The position numbers and the translations under genes are program-made. This document shows, piece after piece, positions 18,441 through 29,295 of a stretch of 64,000 bases of DNA (its first letter is position 1; the number at the start of each line of letters is the position of its first letter). The notes under the pieces are model-generated. The model worked only from the letters and a program-made list of their open reading frames with translations. It was not told the origin of the DNA and did not search any database. This stretch comes from Myxococcota bacterium (lineage in GTDB: Bacteria > Myxococcota_A > SURF-8), in contig CAXXQS010000002.1 of the NCBI GenBank assembly GCA_963674735.2, forward strand, positions 2,144,001 to 2,208,000, read 5' to 3'.

Positions 18441-19199
18441 ATGCCGAACCGACATACCCCCCCGATCTTCTCCTGCCGCGATCTTCACGTGAGCGTGGAT
18501 GACATCGAGATCGTCAAGGGAGTGGATTTAGATATCTATCGAGGCGAGAAACACGCCATTATGGGCCCCAACGGCTCGGGAAAATCAACCATGGTCGCGG
18601 CGCTGATGGGCCATCCGGCCTACTCGGTGGAAGGAGAGATTCGTCTCGACGGTCGCGATATCAGCGAATACGAAGCGGATGAACGTGCCCGTGCGGGTTT
18701 GTTCCTCGGTTTTCAGTACCCGGTGGCCGTGCCCGGCGTGACCGTCAGCAATTTCCTGAAGGCGGCGTTGACGGCCAGGCGCGGCGAAGAGTTGCGCGTG
18801 CGTGATTTTCAGCGCGAGTTGATGGACGCGTTCGAGGAGTTGGACGTACCCCTGGAATTCACCCGCCGCTACCTCAACGACGGGTTTTCCGGCGGCGAGA
18901 AAAAGCGCCTCGAAATTCTGCAGCTGATGATGTTGAAACCCAAGGTGGCGTTGTTGGATGAAACCGACTCCGGCCTCGATATCGACGCCCTCAAGGTGGT
19001 GTCGAAGGGAATCAATACCGCGGCTGCCGACAACATGGCGGTGCTGCTCGTCACGCACTATCAGCGCATCCTCGATTACGTCAAACCCGATCACGTGCAT
19101 GTGTTCATGGATGGCCGCATCGTGCGTTCGGGTGGGCCCGAGCTGGCCCGGTCGTTGGAGGATCGCGGTTATGAATGGGTGGGAGCCCAGACACCATAG
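18441..19199 (+). CDS. sufC: Fe-S cluster assembly ATPase
   Basis: [45 protein letters not shown] and THYQR motifs. Confidence 0.97.
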   Translation: MPNRHTPPIFSCRDLHVSVDDIEIVKGVDLDIYRGEKHAIMGPNGSGKSTMVAALMGHPAYSVEGEIRLDGRDISEYEADERARAGLFLGFQYPVAVPGVTVSNFLKAALTARRGEELRVRDFQRELMDAFEELDVPLEFTRRYLNDGFSGGEKKRLEILQLMMLKPKVALLDETDSGLDIDALKVVSKGINTAAADNMAVLLVTHYQRILDYVKPDHVHVFMDGRIVRSGGPELARSLEDRGYEWVGAQTP

Positions 19200-19215
19200 G
19201 CGAAAGGAAGTCACC

Positions 19216-20634
19216 ATGAGTCAGAACAACACTATCGCCGATATCAATCAGGACTACGCGAGCAAATATGGTTTCCACGACCCCGAAGCTTTTCTCTATA
19301 AAGCGCCTAAAGGGTTGTCGCATGATATCGTAGAGGCCATTTCGCGTCATAAAAACGAGCTCGACTGGATGCGGGAGTTTCGCCACCGGGCGCTCGATCT
19401 GTTTTTAGCGAAACCCATGCCGCGCTGGGGCAACACCGGCTTGATGGGGGAAATCGATTTCGATAACATCCACTACTACCTCAAATCCAGCGAGCGTGGC
19501 GAACGCAACTGGGACGATGTGCCCGAAGACATCAAAAACACCTTCGAGCGTTTGGGTATCCCCGAGGCCGAGCGCAAGTTTCTGGCCGGGGTGAGCGCCC
19601 AGTACGAATCCGAGGTCGTCTACCACAACATGCGCGATGAGCTTTCGGAGCAAGGTGTGCTCTTCGCCAGTATGGACGATGGTCTGCGCGAGTATCCCGA
19701 CATTGTGAAGAAGTACTTCGCCAGCGTCATTCCGCCTGCCGACAACAAGTTCGCGTCGCTCAATTCGGCCGTGTGGTCGGGAGGCTCGTTCATTTACGTG
19801 CCACCCGGCGTTCATGTGGAGATTCCGTTGCAGGCCTACTTCCGCATCAACTCCGAGAACATGGGCCAGTTCGAGCGTACTCTGATCATCGCCGACGAAG
19901 GATCGTCGGTTCATTATATCGAGGGATGCACGGCTCCGGTGTACGCCAGCGACTCGCTGCACTCGGCCGTGGTGGAACTGATCGCCCTCAAGGATGCGCG
20001 CATTCGCTACACCACCATTCAGAATTGGTCCACCAACGTGTTCAACCTGGTGACCAAACGCGCCGTGGCGCATGAAAACGCGGTGATCGAATGGGTGGAC
20101 GGCAACATCGGATCGAAATTGACTATGAAATTTCCCTGCGTTTACCTGGTGGGCGAGGGGGCGCACGGTGAAGTGCTGTCCATCGCCTTTGCCGGAGACG
20201 GCCAGCACCAGGACACCGGGGCGAAGATGATCCACGTTGCTCCGAATACCACTTCGCGCATCATCTCGAAATCCATCTCCAAGGATGCCGGGCGTTCCAG
20301 CTATCGCGGTTTGGTGAAGGTGGAGCCGGGAGCCAAGGGCAGCAAAACGCACGTGGAGTGCGACGCGCTGTTGATCGGCGAACAAGCGCGTTCCGATACC
20401 TATCCCACCATGGAAATCAAAGAGGACGATGTGCGAGTCGAACACGAGGCGCGCGTCTCCAAGCTGGCCGACGAGCAGCTATTTTATCTGCAGAGTCGTG
20501 GGATCGATCTCGACCAGGCGCGCCTGATGATCGTCAATGGTTTCATTGAGCCGTTTGTGCGCGAACTGCCGATGGAATACGCCGTGGAACTCAATCGCCT
20601 GATCGAGCTGGAAATGGAAGGTTCGGTGGGCTGA
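19216..20634 (+). CDS. sufB: Fe-S cluster assembly scaffold
   Basis: [34 protein letters not shown]; ends LEMEGSVG. Confidence 0.98.
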   Translation: MSQNNTIADINQDYASKYGFHDPEAFLYKAPKGLSHDIVEAISRHKNELDWMREFRHRALDLFLAKPMPRWGNTGLMGEIDFDNIHYYLKSSERGERNWDDVPEDIKNTFERLGIPEAERKFLAGVSAQYESEVVYHNMRDELSEQGVLFASMDDGLREYPDIVKKYFASVIPPADNKFASLNSAVWSGGSFIYVPPGVHVEIPLQAYFRINSENMGQFERTLIIADEGSSVHYIEGCTAPVYASDSLHSAVVELIALKDARIRYTTIQNWSTNVFNLVTKRAVAHENAVIEWVDGNIGSKLTMKFPCVYLVGEGAHGEVLSIAFAGDGQHQDTGAKMIHVAPNTTSRIISKSISKDAGRSSYRGLVKVEPGAKGSKTHVECDALLIGEQARSDTYPTMEIKEDDVRVEHEARVSKLADEQLFYLQSRGIDLDQARLMIVNGFIEPFVRELPMEYAVELNRLIELEMEGSVG

Positions 20635-20650
20635 GTGTAAGGAGTGTGTC

Positions 20651-21910
20651 GTGAAAACCGAATTGACTCCGGCGTACATCGACGAGGTGTCGCGCCGTTT
20701 GAAAGAACCGAAAACCCTGACCGATTGGCGACATCGGGCGCTGACGGCCTATCACGAATTGCCCATACCCGATCGCGTGCAACATCTGTGGCGCTACAGC
20801 GATCCGCTGCATTATTTTCCGAATGTTTTGACGGCCGAGTTGTCGGGGTCCGCGCCGATTTTACCCGATTTGCCTGCGGGCGGCGCAGCGGCGCTTCTGT
20901 TGCCCGATAGTCGATTTCAATTGAATCTGTCGCCCGAGGCCGAACGCGCGGGGGTTACGGTGAGTCGCTTGAGCGACAATCCCATCGCAGGCGAGCTTTT
21001 GGGACGGGCGGTAGACCACGACTTCGGTTTGTTCGAGGCCTTGAACGCCGCCGCCTTCGAGGGCGGAATTGCGGTGCATGTTCCCGCGCGGGTGCAGTTA
21101 GACGGCCCCATTCACGTGCGGCTGCCCGCCTATCACGGCGCGACGCTGCCGCGCATCCTGGTTGTGGTGGGGGAAAATGCCGAGGCCACCGTCATCGAAG
21201 AGTACGTAGGCGGCGGTCCGGGCGACCACGTCATCGGCGTGAGCGAATATTTCGTGGCGGCGAGTGCGCGGTTGAAGCAAATCTTTTTCGAGCGCTGGAA
21301 CCCTGGCGTGGTGGGGCATCTCACCTTGCGGGCGCGGCTCGACCGTCAGGCGGACTTTCTGTCCACCGGGGCGAGCTTCGGGGGTTCACTGCTGAAGGTC
21401 GACCTGGGAAGCATTCTCGATGGCGAAGGAGCCCGCAGCGAGCTATCGGGTATGACCATGGGGGAGAAGCGTCAGCATTTCGATCACCACACCGTGCACG
21501 ATCATCGTGCTCCCCGTACCTGGTCGAATATCGATATCAAAACGGCGCTCACCGGGCGCGGGCATGCGGCGTATACAGGGTTGATTCGTATCGGAGAGGC
21601 CGGCGTGCAGAGTGAGGCTTATCAGGAGAATCGCAATCTGATGTTGTCGAGCAAGGCCAAGGCCGACACCATTCCGGAACTGGAGATCCTCACCGACGAC
21701 GTGCGCTGCACCCATGGAGCCACCGTGGCGCCGGTCGATGACGCGCAGTTGTTCTATCTGCAAAGTCGCGGGATCGAGCGTTCCGATGCGTTGCGCCTGA
21801 TCGTGCGCGGGTTCATGGAAAAGAACCTCGCGCGTTTCCCCGAATCGTTGCGTGACGCGGTGGATGGCTTCGTGATGGAGCGTCTGAACGGAATCACGGC
21901 GGGCTTTTAG
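20651..21910 (+). CDS. sufD: Fe-S cluster assembly protein
   Basis: PELEILTDDVRCTHGAT and LFYLQSRGI motifs. Confidence 0.93.
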   Translation: MKTELTPAYIDEVSRRLKEPKTLTDWRHRALTAYHELPIPDRVQHLWRYSDPLHYFPNVLTAELSGSAPILPDLPAGGAAALLLPDSRFQLNLSPEAERAGVTVSRLSDNPIAGELLGRAVDHDFGLFEALNAAAFEGGIAVHVPARVQLDGPIHVRLPAYHGATLPRILVVVGENAEATVIEEYVGGGPGDHVIGVSEYFVAASARLKQIFFERWNPGVVGHLTLRARLDRQADFLSTGASFGGSLLKVDLGSILDGEGARSELSGMTMGEKRQHFDHHTVHDHRAPRTWSNIDIKTALTGRGHAAYTGLIRIGEAGVQSEAYQENRNLMLSSKAKADTIPELEILTDDVRCTHGATVAPVDDAQLFYLQSRGIERSDALRLIVRGFMEKNLARFPESLRDAVDGFVMERLNGITAGF

Positions 21911-21934
21911 CCTGATCATTGAAAGAGAGCGAGA

Positions 21935-22249
21935 ATGTCTTTTGTGAAAGCGGCCGCTTTAAATGAGTTTCCCGTGGGCGGATCACGGGCTGTGGAGCTG
22001 GACGGCGTCCCTGTCCTACTGGTGCGGCTCGGCGAGAACGACGTGGCGGCGGTGGAAAACGCCTGCTCCCACGACGGTTCCGAACTCGTCGGCGGTGCGG
22101 TGGAAGGGGCGGTCATTACCTGCCCGCGCCACGGCGCCCAGTTCGATCTGCGGCAGGGAAAGGCTCTGCGCATGCCCGCTGCTTCTCCTATCGAAATCTA
22201 TCCGGTGCGGCTGTCTGATGACGGCTGGATCGAAGTCGATGTGGATTGA
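21935..22249 (+). CDS. Rieske-type [2Fe-2S] ferredoxin
   Basis: CSH...CPRH ligand pair; GAQFDL. Confidence 0.9.
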   Translation: MSFVKAAALNEFPVGGSRAVELDGVPVLLVRLGENDVAAVENACSHDGSELVGGAVEGAVITCPRHGAQFDLRQGKALRMPAASPIEIYPVRLSDDGWIEVDVD

Positions 22250-22253
22250 TGCC

Positions 22254-23525
22254 ATGGAACCGCAACATGTGACCGACTCCCGCTGTTTGTGTACGACCCT
22301 GTCGGGGCGCAGCGGTGGAAATCTGCGCGAACAATTTCCGTTGCTTTCGGAAGCGGCGGACGGAAAGCGGCTGGTCTATCTGGATAGCGCCTCGACGGCT
22401 CAGAAGCCGCGTGCGTTGATCGAGGCCGAATTGCGTTTTGCGACGAACCGCAATGCCACCGTTCATCGCGGCGTTTATGCCCTCAGCGAGTCTGCCACCG
22501 CAGCTTTCGAGGAAGGACGGCGGCGTGTGGCGCAGTTCGTCAATGCCGAAGGGCCGGAATGTGTCGTGGTCACGCGCAGTGCCACCGGATCGCTCAATGG
22601 CCTGGCGCGCGGCTTGGAACACGGACTGAAGGCGGGTGACGAAATTCTGCTGACCGAAATGGAGCATCATGCCAACCTGGTTCCCTGGCAGATGTTGGCC
22701 AAACGGCGCGGCGTGCATCTTCGTTACATTCCCTTTGATGAAAACGGCGAATTGAATTTGGATTCGTTGCCGGAGCTGTTGACGGCCCGGACGCGCATCG
22801 TCTCATTGACGCTGCTTTCCAACGTGCTGGGGACGCTCAACCCGGTGGCGGCTATTTCGGAAGCGGCTCGGTGCGTGGGGGCGCGGGTGATCGTGGATGC
22901 CGCCCAGGCGGTCGGCCATCGTCCGCTCGATTTCCAGGCGCTGGGGGCCGATTATGTTGTTTTCTCCGCTCACAAAGCCTACGGGCCCGGCGGGCTTGGG
23001 TTTCTTGTCGGAAGCCGGGACGCCTTGGAGTGGCTCGAACCCTTCGAGGGGGGGGGGCAGATGATCGAATCGGTCACGCTCGACGAGGTGCGTGTCGCCG
23101 CTATCCCCACCCGTTTCGAAGCGGGTACGCCCAACGTTCAGGCTTTGGCGACCTTTCCGGCGAGCCTGGATTTGTTGGAGTCGGTCGGGCTGCCGGAGAT
23201 CGAGCGCCATGAACGCGAGTTGACCGGCTACGCGCTCGATCGTCTGGCGTCGCTCGGCGGTCTGCGGATCGTGGGACCGCGAGACCCACAAAAGCGCGGC
23301 GGCCTGGTGAGCTTCGTCGATGAGCGGGTGCACGCGCAGGACTTGGCCCTATTGCTCGACGAACAAGGCGTAGCTATCCGGGTGGGGCATCATTGCGCCC
23401 AACCCTTGCATGCGCGTCTGGGATTACCCGCCACGGCGCGTGCGTCCTTCGGGATTTACTCCGAGCGTGACGACGTGGACGCCCTGATCAACGGCATTCG
23501 TTTTGCTCGAAGTTTCATGACGTAA
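22254..23525 (+). CDS. sufS: Cysteine desulfurase (class II)
   Basis: YLDSASTAQKP, EHHANLVPW, FSAHK and RVGHHCAQP motifs. Confidence 0.95.
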   Translation: MEPQHVTDSRCLCTTLSGRSGGNLREQFPLLSEAADGKRLVYLDSASTAQKPRALIEAELRFATNRNATVHRGVYALSESATAAFEEGRRRVAQFVNAEGPECVVVTRSATGSLNGLARGLEHGLKAGDEILLTEMEHHANLVPWQMLAKRRGVHLRYIPFDENGELNLDSLPELLTARTRIVSLTLLSNVLGTLNPVAAISEAARCVGARVIVDAAQAVGHRPLDFQALGADYVVFSAHKAYGPGGLGFLVGSRDALEWLEPFEGGGQMIESVTLDEVRVAAIPTRFEAGTPNVQALATFPASLDLLESVGLPEIERHERELTGYALDRLASLGGLRIVGPRDPQKRGGLVSFVDERVHAQDLALLLDEQGVAIRVGHHCAQPLHARLGLPATARASFGIYSERDDVDALINGIRFARSFMT

Positions 23526-23536
23526 AAGCCGTGTTC

Positions 23537-25984
23537 CTACTTTTGTTCCCGCAACATCACCACCGTGACGCCGTCGCGTCCTTCGCCGCGTTCGCCGGGG
23601 CGAAAGCTGACCACGTAGGGGCTGCGACTGAAATAGTCGCGCAGGGCGGCTTTCAGCTTGCCGGTGCCATGCCCGTGAATCACGTAGACGAAGGGTGCAT
23701 TCTGACGCATGGCGCGGTCGAGAAAGGCGTCGGTGGCGTCCAGCGCCTCGTCCACGCGTTCCCCGCGCAGATCGAGAGTCATCCCCGAATCGCGGTCGTC
23801 GCCACCCTGGCGTGATTTTGTGAGGGCCACCTCCAAGGTGTTGGTTTGGCCTTTGAACATGGTTTTACGTTCATCGGGATCGAGGGCCTGCAGGCGCTCG
23901 ACCGGGATGCGCATCTTGAGGCGTCCCACCTCCACCAAGGCCAGCCCGCGTTTGTCGGGCGGCTCCACTACGACACCTTTCTGATCGAGGTTGACCACGA
24001 ATACCGGCAGGCCGGGTTTGAGATGTTCGATGCCGACCGGCGGACGCTTCGGGGTGCTGCGCTCGCGTGGAGGCGGATCGCTGGCGCTGCGCTGTTCGGC
24101 CTGGGCGACTTTGGCCGCCGCTTCCCGTTCGCGTGCCTTGAGCTCCTCCATGGCGGCGGTGGCTTCGGCCATACTGGCCCCGCGTTGCAGGGTGCGGATC
24201 ACTTCCCGCGCCTTGGCCTGCGCCTCGCGGATTTCGTCGAGCACCTCGCGGCGTCGAGTCAGGATATCTTCCCGCTCGCGTGATTCCAGAAGCTTGAGCT
24301 TGCGTTCGTAGGTGGCCTTGAGCAGTTCGAGGTCGCGTTTGGCCGCCTCCAGGCGTTGCACTTCGCGGCTCTGGCGTTCGATTTCACCTTCCAGCTTGGC
24401 CACCATCCCGTCGAGTTCGTCCGCCTCGCCGTCGAGCAATCCCTGGGCGCGGCTTAAAACAGGCTCGGTGACGCCCAGCGCTTCGGCGATTTTGAGAGCC
24501 GCCGAGACGCCCGGGACGCCGATGGTGATGCGATAGTTGGGGGTAAGCGTGTCTTCCGCAAGCCCGACCGCCGCATTGGCGAAGTCGTCGCGCGTCAGGG
24601 CCAGACGCTTCAAGCGTTCGTAATGGGTAGTAACGATGCAGCGGGCGTGGCGGTCGGCCAGTCCTTCCACGAGTGCCTGGGCCAGCGCGGCTCCTTGACG
24701 CGGGTCGGTGCCGATGACGATTTCATCCAGCAACACCAGGGATGTCTCGTCGCAGTTGAGCAGCACGTCGTTTAGGTTGCGGATGTTGGCCGAGAAGGTT
24801 GAGAGGTCGTCGGCCAGGGACTGTTCGTCGCCCATGACGGTGAAGATACGTCCGAAGCGGCCTACCCGTGAACCGGGCGCGGCCGGAATGTGCAACCCCG
24901 ACCATGCCATCATCACGCATAGTCCCAGTGTCTTGAGACCAACGGTTTTGCCGCCGGTGTTGGCGCCCGAGAGCACCAGCACGTTGAAGGCGTCGCCGAT
25001 GAGCAGATCGTTGGCCACCACCGGTGCGTCTTTGAGTACCAACAGCGGATGGCGCGCCTCCAGCAGGTGGCAGGCGGCGCGTTCGTCGATCTCGGGAATG
25101 TGGCAATTCATCGATTCGGCCAGCCGCGCTTTGGCCTGCACCACGTCGAGTTGGGTGAGGACATCGAGGTTGGCGGCGATGACGCCCGATTCATCGGCCA
25201 GCTTGCGCGAGAGATTGCGTAAAACCTGGCGTTCCTCACGTTCCACCGCCATTTGCGACAGCATCAGATCGTTGTTGATGCCCACCATTTCGCGCGGTTC
25301 GACGAACAGGGTTTGTCCGGTGGCCGAGGAACCATGCACGATGCCTTTGACCGCGGCCTTGTCCTGCGCCTTGACGGGCAGCACATAGCGGTCGTCGCGA
25401 ATGGTGTAGTAGGCTTCACGCAGATTCTGACGCACCGTTTCGCTTTCCAGCATGGCGTCGAGCTTGCGCTTCACGCGACCCATGAGGTCGCGCACCTTCT
25501 TGCGCAATCCACCCAGATCGGGGGTGGCGCGGTCGCGGATTTCGCCGTTATCGCGGTCGATGGCGTAGTTGATGGCGGCCAGCGAATCGTCGATGGGGGT
25601 GAGGCCCTGGCAGAGATCGGCCAAGGTCGGGGCGCGTTCGGCCTTTCGGCTCATGGTTTGGGCGATGCGATTGCTCGCCTCCAGCGTCGCGGTGACTTCG
25701 TTCAGTTCGGACACCGTGAGTACGCCGTCCTTCTGTGTTTGTACCAATAGTCCGCTCACGTTGGAGGAGACGCCCGCCAGCGAGGGGGCCTGGTCGTCCC
25801 AGATCAACTCGCGGAATTCCTGCACGCGTGTGAGATCTTCCACGGTGCGTGCCGGGGAATCGTGAAAGGAAAGGGACAGGCAGCGGGCGCGCCCGCGCAG
25901 AGTGGAGGAATAGCCCGCCAGGGCATCGACCACCCGATCCCATTCCAGATCGTAAGAAGCTTTGTCGGAAACGGTCAATCGCAT
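23537..25984 (-). CDS. mutS2: Endonuclease MutS2
   Basis: GANTGGKT, LSTFS, LLDE..GTDP, TTHY; C-terminal Smr domain (LDLRG..IHGHGTG). Confidence 0.95.
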   Translation of the reverse strand: MRLTVSDKASYDLEWDRVVDALAGYSSTLRGRARCLSLSFHDSPARTVEDLTRVQEFRELIWDDQAPSLAGVSSNVSGLLVQTQKDGVLTVSELNEVTATLEASNRIAQTMSRKAERAPTLADLCQGLTPIDDSLAAINYAIDRDNGEIRDRATPDLGGLRKKVRDLMGRVKRKLDAMLESETVRQNLREAYYTIRDDRYVLPVKAQDKAAVKGIVHGSSATGQTLFVEPREMVGINNDLMLSQMAVEREERQVLRNLSRKLADESGVIAANLDVLTQLDVVQAKARLAESMNCHIPEIDERAACHLLEARHPLLVLKDAPVVANDLLIGDAFNVLVLSGANTGGKTVGLKTLGLCVMMAWSGLHIPAAPGSRVGRFGRIFTVMGDEQSLADDLSTFSANIRNLNDVLLNCDETSLVLLDEIVIGTDPRQGAALAQALVEGLADRHARCIVTTHYERLKRLALTRDDFANAAVGLAEDTLTPNYRITIGVPGVSAALKIAEALGVTEPVLSRAQGLLDGEADELDGMVAKLEGEIERQSREVQRLEAAKRDLELLKATYERKLKLLESREREDILTRRREVLDEIREAQAKAREVIRTLQRGASMAEATAAMEELKAREREAAAKVAQAEQRSASDPPPRERSTPKRPPVGIEHLKPGLPVFVVNLDQKGVVVEPPDKRGLALVEVGRLKMRIPVERLQALDPDERKTMFKGQTNTLEVALTKSRQGGDDRDSGMTLDLRGERVDEALDATDAFLDRAMRQNAPFVYVIHGHGTGKLKAALRDYFSRSPYVVSFRPGERGEGRDGVTVVMLREQK

Positions 25985-28560
25985 GTTTTTTCTCTTCGTT
26001 TCAACGTGAACAATCCAACTAACATGAACAGAAGCAGAAGCGACGATGTGGAAGCGGCGCTATGGCAGCCACCACCGTTCGTCGGTTCGTAGGGATCGCC
26101 TGCATCGCCGTCGGGGGCGGGATCGCCCTCGGCTTTATCGTCGTCACCGTCGGGAGCATCGCAGGGGCCTTGAGCGATCAGCGCGTAGCCGGTGCCTTCG
26201 CAGCAGTCCGTCCCGGCGAGGATACGGCAATCGATCGTTTGGCCATCGATGCAGGCCGGGAAGGCGTTGGGTGTGTAGACCCGGCCATGTTCGCTGAGGA
26301 ATTCTTCGCATAGGGCGATGGTATCGCAGTCCGGGTCGCAGGCGAGATCCGCTTCCGGTTCTTCATCGCCATCCGTTTCCATTTCGGTCTCGGCTTCCAT
26401 CTCGATTTCGTCATCCAGGTCACCGTCGCTTTCGGCATCCATGTCGCCGTCGACCGGGTTCGGATCGAGGCAGAAACGATCCTCGCATACCCAGCCTTCC
26501 GGGCAGTCTTCCTCCACCCATTGCCAGTTGCGGCAGGTGCGTAGGCGGGTGTCGCTCAAGCATTCGCCTGCGTGGTTCAGGCAGACGGGATCGGCGTCTT
26601 CCTCCACCTCGATCAACTGGTTGACGGCGACGTCGGTAAGGGTTGTTTTGCTGCCGTCGGTCCAGGTGACGGTGAGAGAATCGACGCTCTGGGCGTCGCC
26701 TAAGCCGACATGCTGGACCAGGGAGCTTTGCACGCCGGTGCCCTTGCCGCCTTCCACCTGGCGAATTTGAGTGTGCTCGCCAGTGGTGACGCTCAGACGC
26801 ACGCCGATTCCGGCGGCATTGGTCTTATGACCGATTACGCGCACTTCCAGCCAATTATTGACGGCGGTTTTAGAACTGGGGCTCAGCAGTCCGTTTTCGA
26901 ACAACTTGCGCGTCATCAGGTCGAGATCGCCGTCGCGGTCGATATCGGCCGTCGCGACGCCCCAACCGTTTTTCACCCACGCGCCGCTGGCATAGCTCTG
27001 TTCGACAAAGTCCCCCGCGCCGTCGTTGCGGTAGAAAAAGCTGACGCATTCCGAGTAGATGCTGGTGATAAACAAGTCGAGAAAGCCGTCGTTGTCGGAG
27101 TCCCACCAGAGCGGATCGGAATGGGTTTCGGCGTAAGTGATGGCGGTCTGTTCGCGGATGTCGCTGAAGGTGTAGTCGGGCGCGCCGGAGTTGACATACA
27201 GCATGGATTTGTCGGAGGAACTGATGAAGCGCGGGTGGGCCAGGTTACCCACGAAGAGGTCGAGATCCTGATCGTTGTCGAAATCGCCCCACACCGAACC
27301 GATGCTGTGCCCGTAGCTGCCGAAGGCCCATTTCCCTTGCACGCCGCGCGCCTGCGCTTCTTCGGTGAAGGTGCCGTCGCCGTTGTTATGAAAGAGGAAA
27401 TTAGGATCGAGGCGGTAGTTGGAGACGTACAGATCGATAAAGCCGTCGTTGTCGAAATCGCCCCAACTGACACCGCGTCCGCACTGGGGATACTCGCGGT
27501 AAACGCCCGCCGCGCGGGTGGCGTCGACGAAATGACCGTCGCCCAGATTGCGCCACAGGAAGTTGGGTGTGCCGTTGCTGATCTCCTCGCCCGACTCTTC
27601 GTAGTTGGCCACGTACAGATCCACCCAGCCGTCGTTGTCGTAGTCGGCCCAACCGACCGCTTCGGTGGGATAAAGATCCCAGGGTGTGTGCGTGCTGTCC
27701 TCGACGGGCAGGAAAGTGCAGTCGCCTTCGTTGTGCACCAGCCGGTCGCGGGTGTCGAAACTGTCACCGCGCGAGAAGGCGTAGTAATCGAGACGGCCGT
27801 CGTTGTCGTAGTCGGCCCACATGCCGGAGCCGGGCAGGCCGCTGATGCCCGCCGCCTCGGAGATGTCGGTGAAGGTGCCGTCGCCGTTATTGCGGTAAAG
27901 TTTGGAGGCCGAGAGCAGCAGGTCGTCGTCGCCGTCGTTGTCGCAGTCGCCCCAGGCCAGCCGCGATGCGCCCGTAACTCCGGCCGTAGCGGTGATGTCG
28001 GTGAAACGCTGATTTTCGTTGATGTCGTGGAAGGTTACGTCCGTCTGCACCATGAAATTACCGTCGCTGATGCCGTATTTGACGGTCGGGTCGTCATCCG
28101 GGTAGAGAAACGACATGCCCTGTCCGGCGGTAGAGGTATCGACCATCAAGCCCGGTCCGTCTTCAAGGCGGATCAGTCCGACATGTAAATTGCGTAGCGC
28201 CTCGATTTCCAGGTCGCCCTCGCTCATTTCGAACGTCACCCATTGGCCAACTTCGCTGGACGAAACCGTATAGCCGATGGGAGTGATGCGTTCGCGGCTG
28301 CGATCGGGGTCGTTGCCGCCGCCGTCGTGCCAGATGTGCACGCTTACCGGGCCTTCCGTTGCGAAAACCATCCGCACACGCAGCAGGGTGGCCGGATGCT
28401 CGACGAAGAACATAACGTCTTCCAGGCTGTCGGGTTCCACATTCGACATCCAGCCCTCGCCCGTGCCGTCGTCATAAGACAGGGTGGTTTCCTGAGCTTG
28501 AGCGAAGGTTGCGGGGAGCAGCAGCCAACAGAGGGTCAGGATGGCAAACATGCGTTGCAT
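25975..28560 (-). CDS. Exported FG-GAP / ASPIC-UnbV (CRTAC1-like) protein with DGD linker and MYXO-CTERM-like anchor
   Basis: Signal peptide; repeated WxDxDNDGxxDL; N..GIGVR..HVGLG ASPIC region; ends GGGC-hydrophobic-KRR. Confidence 0.85.
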   Translation of the reverse strand: MQRMFAILTLCWLLLPATFAQAQETTLSYDDGTGEGWMSNVEPDSLEDVMFFVEHPATLLRVRMVFATEGPVSVHIWHDGGGNDPDRSRERITPIGYTVSSSEVGQWVTFEMSEGDLEIEALRNLHVGLIRLEDGPGLMVDTSTAGQGMSFLYPDDDPTVKYGISDGNFMVQTDVTFHDINENQRFTDITATAGVTGASRLAWGDCDNDGDDDLLLSASKLYRNNGDGTFTDISEAAGISGLPGSGMWADYDNDGRLDYYAFSRGDSFDTRDRLVHNEGDCTFLPVEDSTHTPWDLYPTEAVGWADYDNDGWVDLYVANYEESGEEISNGTPNFLWRNLGDGHFVDATRAAGVYREYPQCGRGVSWGDFDNDGFIDLYVSNYRLDPNFLFHNNGDGTFTEEAQARGVQGKWAFGSYGHSIGSVWGDFDNDQDLDLFVGNLAHPRFISSSDKSMLYVNSGAPDYTFSDIREQTAITYAETHSDPLWWDSDNDGFLDLFITSIYSECVSFFYRNDGAGDFVEQSYASGAWVKNGWGVATADIDRDGDLDLMTRKLFENGLLSPSSKTAVNNWLEVRVIGHKTNAAGIGVRLSVTTGEHTQIRQVEGGKGTGVQSSLVQHVGLGDAQSVDSLTVTWTDGSKTTLTDVAVNQLIEVEEDADPVCLNHAGECLSDTRLRTCRNWQWVEEDCPEGWVCEDRFCLDPNPVDGDMDAESDGDLDDEIEMEAETEMETDGDEEPEADLACDPDCDTIALCEEFLSEHGRVYTPNAFPACIDGQTIDCRILAGTDCCEGTGYALIAQGPCDAPDGDDDKAEGDPAPDGDAGDPYEPTNGGGCHSAASTSSLLLLFMLVGLFTLKRREKTCD

Positions 28561-28719
28561 CGGAATCTCCTTCGTTTTTCTCGGTCATGCGGCCAAAACC
28601 GCGTAGAGTAGCCTTACCACGTTCCACCGGGTGTGGCAACTGGCGGATGGCTGGTGGTTTCCCTTTGATAATCGGCTTTTTGGAGCCGAATTTGAGTGTT
28701 TGTCGGTTGGCCAATTCGC

Positions 28720-28749
28720 TTGACAGCGCTGCCCCATCAAAGGTAACGT
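28720..28749 (+). promoter_or_regulatory. Sigma70-like promoter of the cytochrome c cluster
   Basis: TTGACA-18 nt-TAACGT. Confidence 0.5.
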
Positions 28750-28786
28750 AGCCTCGCCGGAGGACGGCGGAAGGATCAGGATACAG

Positions 28787-29251
28787 ATGAAAAGACAAGT
28801 TGTTGAAATAATTGCGTTACTCGTGTTGGTTGGCGTGGCTTTGACGATCGATGCCGGGTACGGTCGGGCTTCCGGAAACGATGTGGGTGCGGCTTGGTGT
28901 CAAAGCTGCCATCCCAATCAGCACGCCGCCTGGCAGGAAGGTCCGCACGCCGGAGCGCTGTTTGTCTTGGATGCCGAACGGCGCAACGATTCCAAATGTG
29001 TGGGCTGTCATTCCACTCAGTCCGCCGATCCGACGGCGGGTGTCGAATGCGAGTCGTGCCATGGCGGTGGGGCACACTACGCCAAAGATTACGTCATGCG
29101 TGATGCCAAGTTGGCCGAAGCGCTGGGGCTTAAGGCCAAACCCCATGATATTTGTATGGAATGTCACAACTGCGACCAACCCAAGATTCGTGAATTTCAT
29201 CCGGGAGAGGCCTGGAAACGCTTACCGCATGCCCGGACCGCTGGCCAGTAG
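28787..29251 (+). CDS. Periplasmic tetraheme cytochrome c (c554-like)
   Basis: Signal/TM helix; four CxxCH motifs: CQSCH, CVGCH, CESCH, CMECH. Confidence 0.9.
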   Translation: MKRQVVEIIALLVLVGVALTIDAGYGRASGNDVGAAWCQSCHPNQHAAWQEGPHAGALFVLDAERRNDSKCVGCHSTQSADPTAGVECESCHGGGAHYAKDYVMRDAKLAEALGLKAKPHDICMECHNCDQPKIREFHPGEAWKRLPHARTAGQ

Positions 29252-29295
29252 CCCCCCAGACGCCGTTTCGCCAGCCAAGGAGACCCGAAAAAGCC

